This document shows, piece by piece, positions 18,508-31,000 of a DNA stretch of 64,000 nt. Both the position numbers and the translations under genes were made by a program. The stretch spans positions 160,001 to 224,000 of the IMG/VR virus record IMGVR_UViG_3300037484_000235; one strand, given 5' to 3'. Position 1 is the stretch's first letter; every line of letters starts with the position of its first letter. The DNA comes from a virus. Its lineage: Duplodnaviria > Caudoviricetes. The notes under the pieces are model-generated. The model was not told where the DNA came from, did not search any database, and was given only the letters and a program-made list of their open reading frames with translations.

Positions 18508-19197
18508 ATGCCTTTCATTTGCAAGCGCCGCGCAGACATCCAGAACGGGGTTCTTCAGATCACCGACTTCTGGCCCAACGCTTCCCAGCGAAATCAGAGC
18601 ATTGATCCGATTGCTCAGGGCCCCCGTTACATCAGCGCACCGGTGACTGCAACCGTTTCCCTGGGTACCACGGGTGGCAACGAGCGCCATCTTCTGGCCG
18701 CTGCCACCGGCCTTGCTGCATACCTCATCGCGAACGTTCAGGTTGGCGCAGCGGGTCCAGCACTCACCCCGACTCAAGCCAACACGGCGGCTGCGGCACT
18801 CATCGCGGCCATGGTTGCAGGGGCCACCATGGATCTTGCGGCGATTAACGTCATCCTCAACGCCACGATCGCTACCGCAGACCTCACTGCGAACACCTCG
18901 ACCGGAACGGTCATGGACGTGCTCCGAGTTCTTTCTGGCGCTACATACACAGTTCCCGCTGGCACTGTCGTCCAGATCAACGCAGGCGCGGATTTCTTCC
19001 CACAGGTGGGCCCAGCCGCTTGGAATGCCGCGAACTTCGACTACGATTCCTACAAGGACATCCTGGTTGCGGACACGTCTTTCTACATCTCGCTTGCTGA
19101 GGGCCAGATCAATGGATTCTCGGGCACAGCTTTCAGCTACCTGGGTGTCGTAGGTCCCGCAATCGTCGTGTACGACAACACGGGTGTGGTTCTCTGA
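18508..19197 (+). CDS. Putative virion structural protein, paralog A
   Basis: MPFICKRRADIQNGVLQITDFWPN...; collinear with the next gene; start after AGGGAG. Confidence 0.7.
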   Translation: MPFICKRRADIQNGVLQITDFWPNASQRNQSIDPIAQGPRYISAPVTATVSLGTTGGNERHLLAAATGLAAYLIANVQVGAAGPALTPTQANTAAAALIAAMVAGATMDLAAINVILNATIATADLTANTSTGTVMDVLRVLSGATYTVPAGTVVQINAGADFFPQVGPAAWNAANFDYDSYKDILVADTSFYISLAEGQINGFSGTAFSYLGVVGPAIVVYDNTGVVL

Positions 19198-19271
19198 TTT
19201 TGAGGGGTTCCCACGACGTGTTGGGAACCCACTCGGGAAATAAGTTACTAGGTCAAACCCAGGAGTAGAAG

Positions 19272-20324
19272 ATGCCTTTCATTTGTATGCGCCGAACAGA
19301 CATTCCGGAAGGGGTCCTCCAGGTCACCGACTTCTGGCCCAATGGTTCCCAGAGGAACCAGTCCATTGACCCGATGCCCCAGGGTCCCCGCTACCCACAC
19401 ATGCCGTCGTCAAGCACGGTTGTGCTGAGCAGCACGGGTGCCACTCAGAGGTATCTTGCAACAGCCCAGTCGGGCCTTGCAGCGTATCTCATTGCGAACG
19501 TGGAGGCTGCGAACCTTGCGGCTCTCACGCCCGCACAGGCAGACACGATTGCTGCATCCCTCATCGCTACGATGCGGGCAGCCGGTGCGGTAACTGCCAC
19601 AGCGATCAACACAGCCCTTACGCTGGCTGCTGGTGTGGCTTCTACGGCTGTTCTAACGTTCGGCGGCGCTCCCGTCAACAACGAGACAGTCACGATCAAC
19701 GGCAAGGTCTACACCTTCCGAGCGGTCATCAACGGTGCGTCCGTAGACGGTGACGTTCTGAACACCCTTGTCGCGTCTACTGCGCTCGACAACCTGATCG
19801 CAGCCATCAACCTTGGCGCAGGTGTGGGTGTTACCTACGCCACGGCCATGACGCTTCACCCCACGGTGTCCGCTGCTGCTGGCGCAGGCGACACGATGGT
19901 GGCTACGGCCAAGGTTCGCGGCTTGGCTGGTGATGCACTCACCAACGCCACGAACGTAACCCTCGGTGCATGGGCTCCTGTCGGTACCTTCACGGGCGGT
20001 CTGGATGCCTCCCTTACCGCTGGTAACTCGACCGGAACGGTCATGGATGTGCTTCGCGTTCTCGCGGGTGCAACCTACACGGTTCCCGCCGCCACCATCG
20101 TTCAGGTTGTGGTTTCGACGTTCAACCCGCAGGCCGGTCCTGTGGCATGGAACGCCGCAAACTTCGACTACACGACCTTCAAGGAGATCCTGGTCGCGGA
20201 CTCGTCTTTCTACATCAGCCTTTACCAGGGGCAGATCAGTGGATTTGCGGGCGTGGGCTTCCACTACCTTGGTGTTACAAGTCCAGCGCTTGTTGCCTAT
20301 GATAACACGGGTGCGGTTCTCTGA
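19272..20324 (+). CDS. Putative virion structural protein, paralog B, with an inserted domain of about 120 aa
   Basis: MPFICMRRTDIPEGVLQVTDFWPN...; the insertion at about 19641-20003 is shared with the tail sheath. Confidence 0.75.
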   Translation: MPFICMRRTDIPEGVLQVTDFWPNGSQRNQSIDPMPQGPRYPHMPSSSTVVLSSTGATQRYLATAQSGLAAYLIANVEAANLAALTPAQADTIAASLIATMRAAGAVTATAINTALTLAAGVASTAVLTFGGAPVNNETVTINGKVYTFRAVINGASVDGDVLNTLVASTALDNLIAAINLGAGVGVTYATAMTLHPTVSAAAGAGDTMVATAKVRGLAGDALTNATNVTLGAWAPVGTFTGGLDASLTAGNSTGTVMDVLRVLAGATYTVPAATIVQVVVSTFNPQAGPVAWNAANFDYTTFKEILVADSSFYISLYQGQISGFAGVGFHYLGVTSPALVAYDNTGAVL

Positions 20325-20394
20325 GTCCTAGTTCAGGTTAGGTTCTCAGCGGTCGGGCCTCTCACGGTATAGTCCGAGAGAGGCCCGAACTGTT

Positions 20395-20625
20395 TTGGAA
20401 GACACAACCTACCGTACAAGTGATATGTATTTCAGCGCCTTTTTAAGGGTTGCTGGGGTCAAGTTCTTGGACTCAGTTCGTGAGGGGGGTCGGATCTTCT
20501 TCCTCTTCGAGAACGGGGAGGGCATCCGAGACCTGAAGAGGGAGTACTTCAATCGGACAGCCAAGGTGAGTGCCTTGGATTACGCGGACGAAATTCGCAA
20601 CATGAAGGCCATGATTCACCAGTGA
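20395..20625 (+). CDS. DUF5659-like small protein
   Basis: YRTSDMYFSAFL..G......R...RIFFLF pattern; TTG start after GAGAGG. Confidence 0.55.
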   Translation: MEDTTYRTSDMYFSAFLRVAGVKFLDSVREGGRIFFLFENGEGIRDLKREYFNRTAKVSALDYADEIRNMKAMIHQ

Positions 20626-20698
20626 GTCTATAGACCTTGGTATGCAGTAGGGGTGGTAGCTCACCCCTCCAAAATCGAGACAGTAAGAGGATACCTAA

Positions 20699-21112
20699 AT
20701 GGCGAACGCTTTGTACGACACAGGAAGAGCTGCTTTTCTGAATGCCGGTGTAAACTGGACTGCGGATAACATCAAGGCTGTCCTTGTGGACACGGCCCTT
20801 TACCCTCTCTTCAATATCAACACAGACGCCTTTCTGTCGGACATCCCGGCTGGGGCACGTATCGCGATTTCTGGGAACTTCGCTGGAAAGACCAGCGCTG
20901 CCGGGGTAGCCGATGCCACCGACTTGACATTTACGGCAGTGGGCCCCGCTGCCTCTGTGGAAGCCCTTGTCATTTACAAGGACACTGGGGTTGAGGGGAC
21001 AAGCCAACTCATCGCGTACATTGATGTTGCAACGGGACTCCCTGTGACACCCTCTGGCGGAGATATCCTCGTCGTTTGGGATTCAGGGGCGTCGAAGATT
21101 TTCAAGCTGTAA
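20699..21112 (+). CDS. Conserved phage tail-associated protein (MANALYD family)
   Basis: MANALYDTGRAAFL...NWTADNIKAVLVD...LIAYID...LPVTPSGGDILVVWD resembles a widespread phage minor tail protein family. Confidence 0.7.
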   Translation: MANALYDTGRAAFLNAGVNWTADNIKAVLVDTALYPLFNINTDAFLSDIPAGARIAISGNFAGKTSAAGVADATDLTFTAVGPAASVEALVIYKDTGVEGTSQLIAYIDVATGLPVTPSGGDILVVWDSGASKIFKL

Positions 21113-21135
21113 CATCTTCATGTAGGGTGTGACCC

Positions 21136-21354
21136 ATGATCCAACCAACAGGCATTGGGAGTTCCGAGTCGTTCGGACTAGCCCAATTGGATCAGGAGAT
21201 CACTTTCACCACACCACTGGTGAGTGGCATGGGGGCCAGAACTGAGCCCATCGCCTCTTCAGATCAGTTCATTTACACGACCGGAATTCCAAGTGCCGAG
21301 GTTTTCGGTTCTCAGATCCAAACTCCTGTGGGTCTGGTGTCCAGATTCTTTTGA
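21136..21354 (+). CDS. Small protein with PxGIxSxExFG repeats
   Basis: QPTGIGSSESFG and TTGIPSAEVFG; the same motif is repeated at the start of ORF 25077. Confidence 0.55.
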   Translation: MIQPTGIGSSESFGLAQLDQEITFTTPLVSGMGARTEPIASSDQFIYTTGIPSAEVFGSQIQTPVGLVSRFF

Positions 21355-21366
21355 TGAGCTGAGGAA

Positions 21367-24300
21367 ATGACTATATTCAACATAGCCGCCGACGCTACCT
21401 GGGATGACGCCGCTTTTGCGACACGAGCAGGCAATGACACCTATACGCTCATCGCCACAGCAGCCGCCAAGCTCACGCTGACCATCGACACAGACACCCG
21501 GTATTGCGAGAACTCTGACGCCACGAAGGGCGCCATGGGCAACGTCAACCTTTCTGGCGGCGGAGTGCCCACAGCCGGACTCTGCGGCGAACTCCTGATC
21601 GACGGCTCGAAGGTCCGGCTCATCCCCTACGACACTGGTGCTGGATTGGTTCCTGCGTACCCAACCGCGATCACACAGGGTGGTGTGTCCGCTGTGTTTC
21701 TTGGGGTTTGGAGCGCGTTCAATGTGGCACCGACCGCCGCTGGTGCAGCGATGCCACTCACGGGCTACATCAAGGTCAAGAATGTCACCGGTGGCGTGTT
21801 CGCAGCGGGGGCTCTGGGTGGCATCGGAGCAAATGCCACGGGCGCTGATACAGTTGGTTGGATTGAGGTCGTGGGGACAGAAGCTTTAACTCTTACGGCA
21901 AACGGAAATAACAAGTTGAACATTCAAGGAGAATGGTTCGAGCATAGCACATTGGTTACAACTGGATTGTCCGGCAGCACATATCAGCTTCCAGCTTCAC
22001 TGGCGAACACTTACTTCGGCGGAGTGTGGGTTGAGACTGCGGCTGCATCTGGCGTCTACGATTTCTATCCCTCGGCCGGGTCTCTCGTCGCCGCTAACTC
22101 AGTCGCGTCCGATGCTGTGCGGGGGAAGATCTGTTGGATCTCCTCGCAAGGGCTCGTGCGTCTGGGATCGGATGGAACGAACACCAACGGGTATTTGCCA
22201 GTCGTTGGTTGTAAGATCCGTATTCCAAACATTATTACACTAAACTCGGTTGCAGCGGCGTCAGTAAATGCCGTGCCTAATGCGACCATCACACAAAGAT
22301 TCGAGACGGCATTTACGGCCGCTGGCATTGTAGACATCAACAGGGTAACGGGGGCTTGGTACTTCAACTTCCAACAGGCAAGGTCACTTACTATCCAAAA
22401 CTCGTCGTTTCTGGACGGGATTTCTGTGGTCGAGATTGGCTCTCCCTTCACCCTGACACAGGTGGGAGTGGCGCCATCCCTGGCAGGCACTACGGCTCCG
22501 GTGCAGTTCGTGGTCAATCGTTTTGGAGGAACCGTCACCGATTGCTGCTGGGTCAAGCCTACGCACGTGGCCTCGGTGCCTGCGGTGCTTATGACGAATT
22601 GCTCCGGCATCGACTTCGTTCGAGACCGAGTTTTCTATCTTGCCGAACGAACGCTGGCCACGGCGCACACGCACACGATCACTAGCTGTGATGACTGCAC
22701 CTGGACCGATTGCACGTACGGCACCAGCGACATGCTGTTTCAGTATTCGTACGATCTGACGATAACAGATCTCATCTGGTACGACGTTCTGTACGGACGG
22801 ACGCCTGGCGTGACCAACGCCAACGGCATCTTCAGCATTGGTGTAGGCACCCACGACTGCCTCTTCGATGGCCTGAGCTTCGGCGGACTAGAGGCGGTAG
22901 CACCGGCGAGTCACATTTGGAATATGCCAGCCGTGAGACCGGCCCGCATCACAATCCGCAACGTCGGCACCCCGGCAGCCCCCTTGGACCTGGGCGGTCC
23001 GACCGTAGAGGATGTGTCCTGGACCAGGGTCACCACGACAGCGACAATCACATCGGTGGGCCACGGCCTTCAAACTGGTGACTCGATCTATGTGAGCATC
23101 TCCAGTGTCCCCGCTGCAATCATTCTCGGGCTCAAGCTCAGCACAGTCATCCGGCTCACGGACGACACGTTCACGATTACTTGCCTGAATGCAGGGGCCG
23201 CTAGCGGAACACTGTCCTACAATCTCGCCATTACCAACAACGCATTTCCGATGAATGGGTCGGCGAACGGAATAGAGAGCATTGTTGTCCAGCGAGTCTA
23301 CCTCAGAGGTGCCAAGACCTCCTGTCTCCCGCTCATGCTCAACGATCAATGGGGATTTGTTCTCGACAACGTGTGGGGGAATGAGTGGAACCCCTGCCTG
23401 CCGACGTCCAACAACATGGCAGCCAGGGGCATGCTTGGCAGCCCCACGCTTGCAGCTCAAACGGCAGTGCGGGGTACCCACTGGATCGATGGGTTCAATA
23501 GCCGATTGTCCCCGACAACAACCGCTCAAGCGTGGACCCGAGTCACTACCACAGCGACGGTCACGAGTGTCGGACACGATCTGCACACAGGAGACGTTAT
23601 CCACGTTACAGCCTCTAGCGATGAAGCAGCGATCACACTGCTCAATGCCGCTGCCACACAGACTGTCACGGTCATCGACAGCAACACCTTCACGATCGTG
23701 TGTCTCAATGCAGGCGCTGCGGCAGGCACCCTAGACTACGAAAATCTTAGCGGCTTTGTTGGTATGCAGATGAATGAGTGGAGTGCAGAAACCGTGGCAC
23801 AGGTCTCGATTGACGCGGGCACTCCAAGATTTACAAACGTGGGCACAATCTCCATGCCAACGGTCGGCGATCAGGTTACCTGGACAATGCCTGATTATTG
23901 CCTGGGGCACACCGCATTCCCGGACGTGATCCCTTGGAGCACCATCACCCAAGCAAACTGGGCGAACTTCGACTGGCAATATCAGATTGACAAGAACGAT
24001 GGGGCCGGATTCAGTGGTTGGAAGAACGCACTCTACAACCAGACGGGCGACACCACTCTTGGTGGGTTCACGATCTTCAACATCCCCGACACGAGTCAGC
24101 TAGCCGTCGGTGACTATGTCTTTCGCAGCAACGCACCCACGTTCACCTTTGGTGTGAACGCTAAGATCGTTTCGATTGACAGCCCCACGCAGGTGACACT
24201 AGACCAGGCAAATGCGCAGACCGCAGTTGGCATACCAATATTGTTCCGCCAGTATCCCAATGAGGTGTTGGATGCGCAGCTCGGTTTCAAGCTGAAGTTT

Positions 24301-24450
24301 CGGTGTACTACGTGTGCAGCAAACACTGTGCTACAGGCGTTTTTTGCTCTCCGCACTTCGAGCACGGCGGTGAGCAGGGCTCTCCAGTATCCTCTGATCC
24401 CGCCAGGCCCATACGGACTGTCTGACCCTGGGGTCACTTACATCAGCTGA
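21367..24450 (+). CDS. Large virion/tail fibre-like protein with beta-helix-like region and two FCCH-like (HGLxTGD) modules
   Basis: 1027 aa, T/A/G-rich. Contains the duplicated module WTRVTTTAT(I/V)TSVGH(G/D)L(Q/H)TGD at about 23020 and 23533. Confidence 0.6.
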   Translation: MTIFNIAADATWDDAAFATRAGNDTYTLIATAAAKLTLTIDTDTRYCENSDATKGAMGNVNLSGGGVPTAGLCGELLIDGSKVRLIPYDTGAGLVPAYPTAITQGGVSAVFLGVWSAFNVAPTAAGAAMPLTGYIKVKNVTGGVFAAGALGGIGANATGADTVGWIEVVGTEALTLTANGNNKLNIQGEWFEHSTLVTTGLSGSTYQLPASLANTYFGGVWVETAAASGVYDFYPSAGSLVAANSVASDAVRGKICWISSQGLVRLGSDGTNTNGYLPVVGCKIRIPNIITLNSVAAASVNAVPNATITQRFETAFTAAGIVDINRVTGAWYFNFQQARSLTIQNSSFLDGISVVEIGSPFTLTQVGVAPSLAGTTAPVQFVVNRFGGTVTDCCWVKPTHVASVPAVLMTNCSGIDFVRDRVFYLAERTLATAHTHTITSCDDCTWTDCTYGTSDMLFQYSYDLTITDLIWYDVLYGRTPGVTNANGIFSIGVGTHDCLFDGLSFGGLEAVAPASHIWNMPAVRPARITIRNVGTPAAPLDLGGPTVEDVSWTRVTTTATITSVGHGLQTGDSIYVSISSVPAAIILGLKLSTVIRLTDDTFTITCLNAGAASGTLSYNLAITNNAFPMNGSANGIESIVVQRVYLRGAKTSCLPLMLNDQWGFVLDNVWGNEWNPCLPTSNNMAARGMLGSPTLAAQTAVRGTHWIDGFNSRLSPTTTAQAWTRVTTTATVTSVGHDLHTGDVIHVTASSDEAAITLLNAAATQTVTVIDSNTFTIVCLNAGAAAGTLDYENLSGFVGMQMNEWSAETVAQVSIDAGTPRFTNVGTISMPTVGDQVTWTMPDYCLGHTAFPDVIPWSTITQANWANFDWQYQIDKNDGAGFSGWKNALYNQTGDTTLGGFTIFNIPDTSQLAVGDYVFRSNAPTFTFGVNAKIVSIDSPTQVTLDQANAQTAVGIPILFRQYPNEVLDAQLGFKLKFRCTTCAANTVLQAFFALRTSSTAVSRALQYPLIPPGPYGLSDPGVTYIS

Positions 24451-24471
24451 GTCCTAGAGAGAGCAATCCAA

Positions 24472-24993
24472 ATGTCTGTACGCCGCAACGCCACCCTCAC
24501 CGTAAGCTTCAAGGCTGTTGACCCAACTCTTCGTCCCTACCGAAAGAGCGGGCTCGTTATTGCCAACACTGACATTTGGATCAGTAAGGACGGTGGGAAT
24601 TTCGCCAACGCTACCAATGGGGCTACAGAGCTGACGGGTGTTTTGGGTCGGTACAGCATCGTGCTGACGGCGGCCGAGATGGATGCCTCATGGGTGCACA
24701 TCGTCGTCGTCAAGGCGGGCATGGACGATGCGGATATGGTGCTGGGTACGGCAGGCTCCCCCAGTGGCCAGGCCATCGCTGGAACCCTTACTACCTCTAC
24801 GTTCACTTCTGATCGTGCTGAGGCCACAGACGATTACTGGAAGGACGCCATTGTGCTGTTCACTAGTGGGGGACTCGCTGGTCAGGTCAAGAAGGTCTCG
24901 GCATACACAGGCGTCAGTAAACTCTTCACTGTAAACGGGGCATTTACGGCAGCGCCTGTAAACGGCGACCGTTTCATCCTGATTAACATTTGA
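24472..24993 (+). CDS. Putative virion structural protein
   Basis: 173 aa; ends with FTAAPVNGDRFILI, typical of phage fibre-associated beta domains. Confidence 0.55.
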   Translation: MSVRRNATLTVSFKAVDPTLRPYRKSGLVIANTDIWISKDGGNFANATNGATELTGVLGRYSIVLTAAEMDASWVHIVVVKAGMDDADMVLGTAGSPSGQAIAGTLTTSTFTSDRAEATDDYWKDAIVLFTSGGLAGQVKKVSAYTGVSKLFTVNGAFTAAPVNGDRFILINI

Positions 24994-25076
24994 ATGGCTA
25001 TCGATCTCACTACTTCATAGGTAGAGTCACCGTTCTGTAAGGTCCCTTCTACCTCTGAGGGAAGTAAGCAGACTAG

Positions 25077-28000
25077 ATGTCTCGGATTCTCTTTGAGTTC
25101 TTTGGTGCGGATGAGGTCAAACCCTCTAGTATCGCCAGTGGAGAGGCGTTCGGCACAGCTACAATCGTTTTCGTTGTCCAACCTACTGGAATTGCCAGTG
25201 CAGAGGCATTTGGTGCGGCCTCAGTCGTTCTTGTTGTCCAACCATCTAGCATCCTCAGTGCAGAGGTGTTTGGGGCTGTACAACTCAATCAGACCCTGTA
25301 CTTCACTGGAATTGCCAGTGCAGAGGCATTTGGAACCACTACATTTGGTTCTTTTATCATTCCGCTTGGGATCCCAAGCGGGGAGTCCTTTGGGATTCTC
25401 TCTCTGCAACCGGCCCACATCCAGAGTGCTCCGGCACTCTTTGATGGGTACTTGCTGCGTGGGGCAAAGACCTCTCCCACCAACGCAACCACGAGTGCTC
25501 CGGCAGACTCTGGTGTTGCCAGGGACGTCACTGCGATTGACGCTGCGTTGTATCCGAGTGGCCAGCCTGCGTTGGTTGAAGCGCGTGGAGATCAGTACCG
25601 GTCTGCTGTGCTTCTGGGATCCACTCAGGCGGAGCAAGAGTTCCTTGTTTGGGCTGCGAACACGGGCACCCTCACAACTCTTGAGGGGGCGGCTTGGGCC
25701 GTGTCTGATGGGGTGGGGAGGATCCCACAAGGGTCTATCCCGGTTCTGGATACGACTTCTCCCACAGGACAGTCCACGGACGGGTCCTCTCGTGTCATCG
25801 TCACGGATGATGGTGGTAGAGACATTGCGGGGGTGGTATCTATCACGGTTGTTCGTGGGGACAGCCCGACTGTCTACACACTCACTTTGGTGGGCGGGGA
25901 TTTCTCGTTTGTGGCGGGCTCGGGAGCCCTCAATCTCTTGCCGACGGCAAACACGTTGGCTGCGACGCAGCCCGTCTCGCCCTCAGCCCCTGCGTTCTCC
26001 ACGGTGCGCGGAGATCAAGTCACCGCAATCTCCTACTGGGTAGCAGCGGCCCGCTTCTGGTGGACCAGAAACGACACCTACGCCCACCGCTTTGGGTGGA
26101 ACGGGGCGACCTCCAAATGGGAGCCCTACCGTGGTAGTGCTCCCCACCTGCTCGGGAAGCTCTCATCTGATGGACGGGAGTACACCCTGGACCCGCGCCC
26201 TACGGCCTCCGTAGGGTCTTTGCTTCCAGGATCTAGCCTGGGGGACTCCTACGCTATGGTCCGCCTAGGACCGTCCCCAGATGCCACCAGTTACCCTGTC
26301 GCAAGCCGGACCGTGGGCGATTACTCAGGCATCCTGGTCGTACCGGACACGCTGGCGAACACCGCCTACAACTTCGCGAGCACCTCACCGCCTTTGGCTG
26401 GTGTTCTTGGGGCGGGTGCCGGGAAGATCGTCTGGAACCCGGCCCTCATCCAGACCTACGAGGGGCTGGATGTTTGGTACATCCCACGGACGTTCACCGA
26501 GAAGTCATCGGGTGTCATCGGCACCGTACTCGACGCACAGACCACAGCCCTTTACCTGGCCCCAGTACCTGGACCAGGGGAGCGACCCATCGTGCGCCTT
26601 GGAAATCGGCAACCACTCACGGTGCTGCCGTTCGACACTGAGGCGGCACTATCTGCGGCGACGGTCCTTGAGGGTGAGGTGGGTTTCGCGCTCTCTACGG
26701 GCAGGATCAAGCTTTCCACGGCAGACATCTTGAAGGCGGATCCTGGCACGCGTGCCGTACCAAATTCAAGCTTCGACAAGCTCTACCTGGGGGCAATCGT
26801 TCGGTACGATGGGGTCACCCTCAATCTGTACCCACAGCCCCTCAAGGCTCCGGTGCTTCTCGTCGATGGTGCGGGGCTGCCCGTCTCTAGCTACGACCCT
26901 GCGCAGGAAGTTTTCATCCCCAATGCAGAGACGCTTCCCGCGCTGGGCGCTTCAGGCATTCTTCAAGTGCCCGATGGTTTGGGGAACCCTCCGGTTGTTG
27001 GGGCAGTTGCCCCACGTCCCGGGAACTCCGGCCTGATTCGAAAGCTCTCCTCGGGTATCGGTGATGCGATCCTCTTTACGGACGGGAGGGCTGTCACCAA
27101 GATCACCACGGTTTCGTTCGAAGATGAGCTTCCAACAGACGCATTCCGCGTACCGGGAGACGTTGCCTACGTAGCCTTGGAGAAAAGGGCCGGTACAGGC
27201 TCTCTCGTTATGTTCGGGAGTGTGCCCCGCAAGCAGCTTACGGGAAAGCCTGTCTACTTCCGTCAGGGCGAGTTTGTCCCGTCCGGATACGCGGATAGTG
27301 CCCGGCTCTTCTCCCGTCTACAGGACACGTTCGTTCTGGACGGGACCGAGATTCTCAAGTTCCGTGTGGGTGCGGTATCCGTCACATGGGTAGCAAGTCC
27401 ACTCGGTGCTGGCACATGGACTGCGGCTCAGGTTGCGGCCAACATCAACACCGCAATCACGATCACTGGCGCACCGGGATCGTGCTACGTTCTCTCAGGC
27501 AGGTTGGTGATTGCCCACAACGACCTTGTGAACGGACTCGTGAGCATCGGGTTCGGAACCAATGGGATCTGGGATCTCACGGGGTGCAGGGCACTGGGGT
27601 TCATCCCAGGATGGGTGGCCTCCCCACCAGGGGGAGATCAGAGCGCAACAGACTTGAACTGGCTTCCTGATTACGGTGGGGAGTTGGGTTTCTACCGGAG
27701 TCCCAGGGATATCGATGGATCTCAGGGCCTTCCAGATTACCAGGACAAGTACAGGGTCGATGAACGGACCCTCACTGAGAACATCAATCCAGTCCCCTAT
27801 CAGTTCCTTGACTTCCCACCTCGGGAGGACATCGCGGGTTACGACGAGGGTGTGTTCTTCACGTTGTCCGCTGCGGGTGCACCTGGAATCGCACCGGTGG
27901 CCGATATGCCACTCCTTCCTTGGGTGGACGTGCAGTACCGCTTCGAGGACAAGAAGTTCGCCTGGTTGGCCTCAGGCGGCAGTACAGGGCAGATCCTCTC

Positions 28001-31000
28001 CCCTGTGGCCGGGATCAATCTTGGTGCGGCAGGGATCGTTCCGGACAGCCTCATTGCCCCACTCAATGGGTTTGTGCGTGTCTCCGAAGGCGGCCCTCTT
28101 CAGTACCTGGAGCCGGACGTGGATTTCCTTCTGCCGAACTCCGGTGGAACGGGAGAGGCCACCCTCATCAATCGTGTTGGGGAACTCAAGCTCTCGGGCG
28201 CTCGTGGTCACTTCACGGCTGGGACAAGCACACTCACGGACACGAGCATCAGCTTCGCTGGTGTTTCGGTTGGGGATCGGCTCAAGGTCATCTCGGGGGA
28301 TGCCCTGGGATCGTATCTTGTCTCGTCTGTCCCCAATCCCACTTCGCTGGTGGTGAGCCCCAACTTCCTCGTGGGTGATGCGGGCAAGAACGTCTCTTAC
28401 GAAGTGTACCAGGGCGTTGCTCCGGGTGTTGTGGATGAGGCTCTCGTGGCGGATGTGGTCTTTCAGGACTTCAACCACCTTGCGTCTGAGCCCTTCGAGA
28501 TTCGGGTACTCACTCGTTTGGGGACCGCAGGTGGTTCACTTGCACCTGCCAATGCCTCTAAGGACATTGAGCGTGGGCGCCCCATCTTCGCACGCATCTC
28601 CCAGGTGGGTATAGACCTCCCACTCACGTTGCTCACGCAGTCCGATTTGGGCGTGGTGGCAAATGGCTCTTTGAGCGTTCCCACAGTGGGGGCCCGCTTC
28701 ACATCGGGCGCATTCAATCTGAGGATCGGAACCCAGGAGTTCACCCAGGGTATCGAGCTTCTCCCAGTGGCCGCCTTCTCCCCGAGCCCCGCGAACATCG
28801 AGTACATCAACACGGGCATCAATGCTGGTGACTTGAAGTTCAGCGCTGCGCTACTTGATGAGTACCAGTCTGCAACTGTTCTCTATGTCGAGACTCTCCT
28901 TCCGGCTGCGGACCTACTCTCTGGTCAGGCGGAAATCGATCCAGACTCTGGGTCCCTCTCACTCTCCCAAATCGATCTCACGGCGGGGTCTGGCAGTCCT
29001 GTCTACTTTGTGTCCCAACTTTCCACAGAGGGCACCACAGACGTAACTGCAAATCCCATCCTTGGGTCGTTCACGTTCCTAGCCAATCCGATCCAAGCAT
29101 CCCAGCTTGTGGAGGCGGTCTACTACAGGGCTGTCCCCAACTCCGGGGATCTGTTCCTAGATGCCGATGGGAACCCCGTCCAGATGCGGGAGTTTCTCCC
29201 TCTCTACATTCGGGCGGAAGTGGCAACTCGGATTTCGAGTCAGCTCTATGCGTTCAATCCAACGGGACGCACTGTTGACCAGATCGTGGATCCTGTTGTC
29301 TACACGGGATCTAGGCAGCAGACTTATGGCGCCCCTAGTGGGTGTTCGATCGACTTCAATCGGAATACGATTTCGATCAACTCCGAAGTCTCCGAAGCCA
29401 CGAACGTCACCATCTCGTACGCGGTGTATGAAGCCTTTGGAGGGGAGACTTCCTATAGCGTGTCGCTGCCACCTGTGTGGCGCCCACCGTTCCGAATCGA
29501 CAAGAATCAGACCCAGTTCCTTCTGGATACGAACCGGACAAGTGACCTGCTTGCGGGCAAGGTTCTGCGCGTGGGGTCATTCACCACCTATGTCCGAAGT
29601 GCTACCTACGACGTCATCAGTGACACAACTCTGGTCACAGTCTTCCCGTCTTCGGTCTACGGGGCTGGGTCGCTCAATCCAGGAGTAAATGCACTCTCTC
29701 TTCTCACTGATCGAACGGTCGCAGTTACAGTAGACCCCTTCGGTGTGCCCGTATCTGTGCCTGGGTCGGATCCAGGCTTCCTGCCAACCATGGCGCAGGC
29801 ATTCACCCTGGCTTCAACCCCACACTTTGAGACGGTCACTAAGGGTCAGGTCGAGATCAAGTTCGATGGAGATCTCACCCAGTATGCCGTTGCAGGGCAT
29901 CTCCTCGAACTGTTCGGGAAGCCCTTCGCAATCGTGAAGTCCGTCTTCTCTCAGGACGGCCGGGTCACAACGGTATCCGTCAGTTCTCCCTTCCCAGAAG
30001 ATTTCGTGTGGTCCTCTGGCCTGTTGGATACAGCAGCCCGAATCTCGGTACGCCCAATCTATCCAGAGGGGGCAACCCAGTTCTTGGGGGCCGGTGGGTT
30101 CCTTTCCAGTGAGCCTTACGAAGTCGTGCTCTTCGGAGAAACTGACGACTCCGGGAACACACTCCCAGGACGAACTCTCGTATCGGGTCAGGACTACAAC
30201 TTCCTCGAAGGTAACGGGAGTCTGGCATTCATTCAGCCGCATCAGGCGGGGTTCGCCGCCGGTCAGAAGCTTCTTTTTGCCCGGACTGACGTACAACAGA
30301 TTGGCCCCAAGATGTCTCTGGGGCACGTTCAGTACCCACGAGTTTCTTCGAGCTTCCTGTACGTGGACCCGCCTTCCGCTCAGAATGGGCGTGAGGGTGG
30401 TGTTTTGCAGGGCACGTACACCTTTGAGAGTCCCGACGCGTTCTACGTGCGCGCGGTTCCCCTACTCACGTACGTGGGTGAGGTGTCCCTGGATATCCAG
30501 AAGGAAGCCACTGCCCAAGACCCTGCTAAGGGCCCGACGTATTCGAGTGGTGCGAGCAAGCTCAACTCTGACTATGGGCGTATGGGGCTGGTATCCGAGA
30601 GCCAGAATCTTGTGGACCGGGACCGGGCTGCCCGCACGTTCCTCGGCTTCTACAATGCAGTTGTCTCGTCGTTCGAACAGATCGAAGAGACGCTCAATGG
30701 GGCCTTTGTTGGTGAGCGTGATGGTAAGCTCCGCCTCTACGTAGGCAAGGGAGACCCATGGGTTCCGCCCGGCTACGAGGATGAGATCACAGGTGCTCTG
30801 AATCCTCGTGTGCTCTGGTTCGATGCTTGGATGTCCGCCCGCCAGGGACTTCCAACGATCCGCCTCATCGCAACAGACCCCGTCACGGATCCCCTCAACA
30901 CCACCACGGACGCAAACGGCCGTCCTGTCGGATCGTTCCAGGACTCGTCGGGATTCCACGCACTCACAGACTACCAGGACATTCTCATCAAGAACGATGT

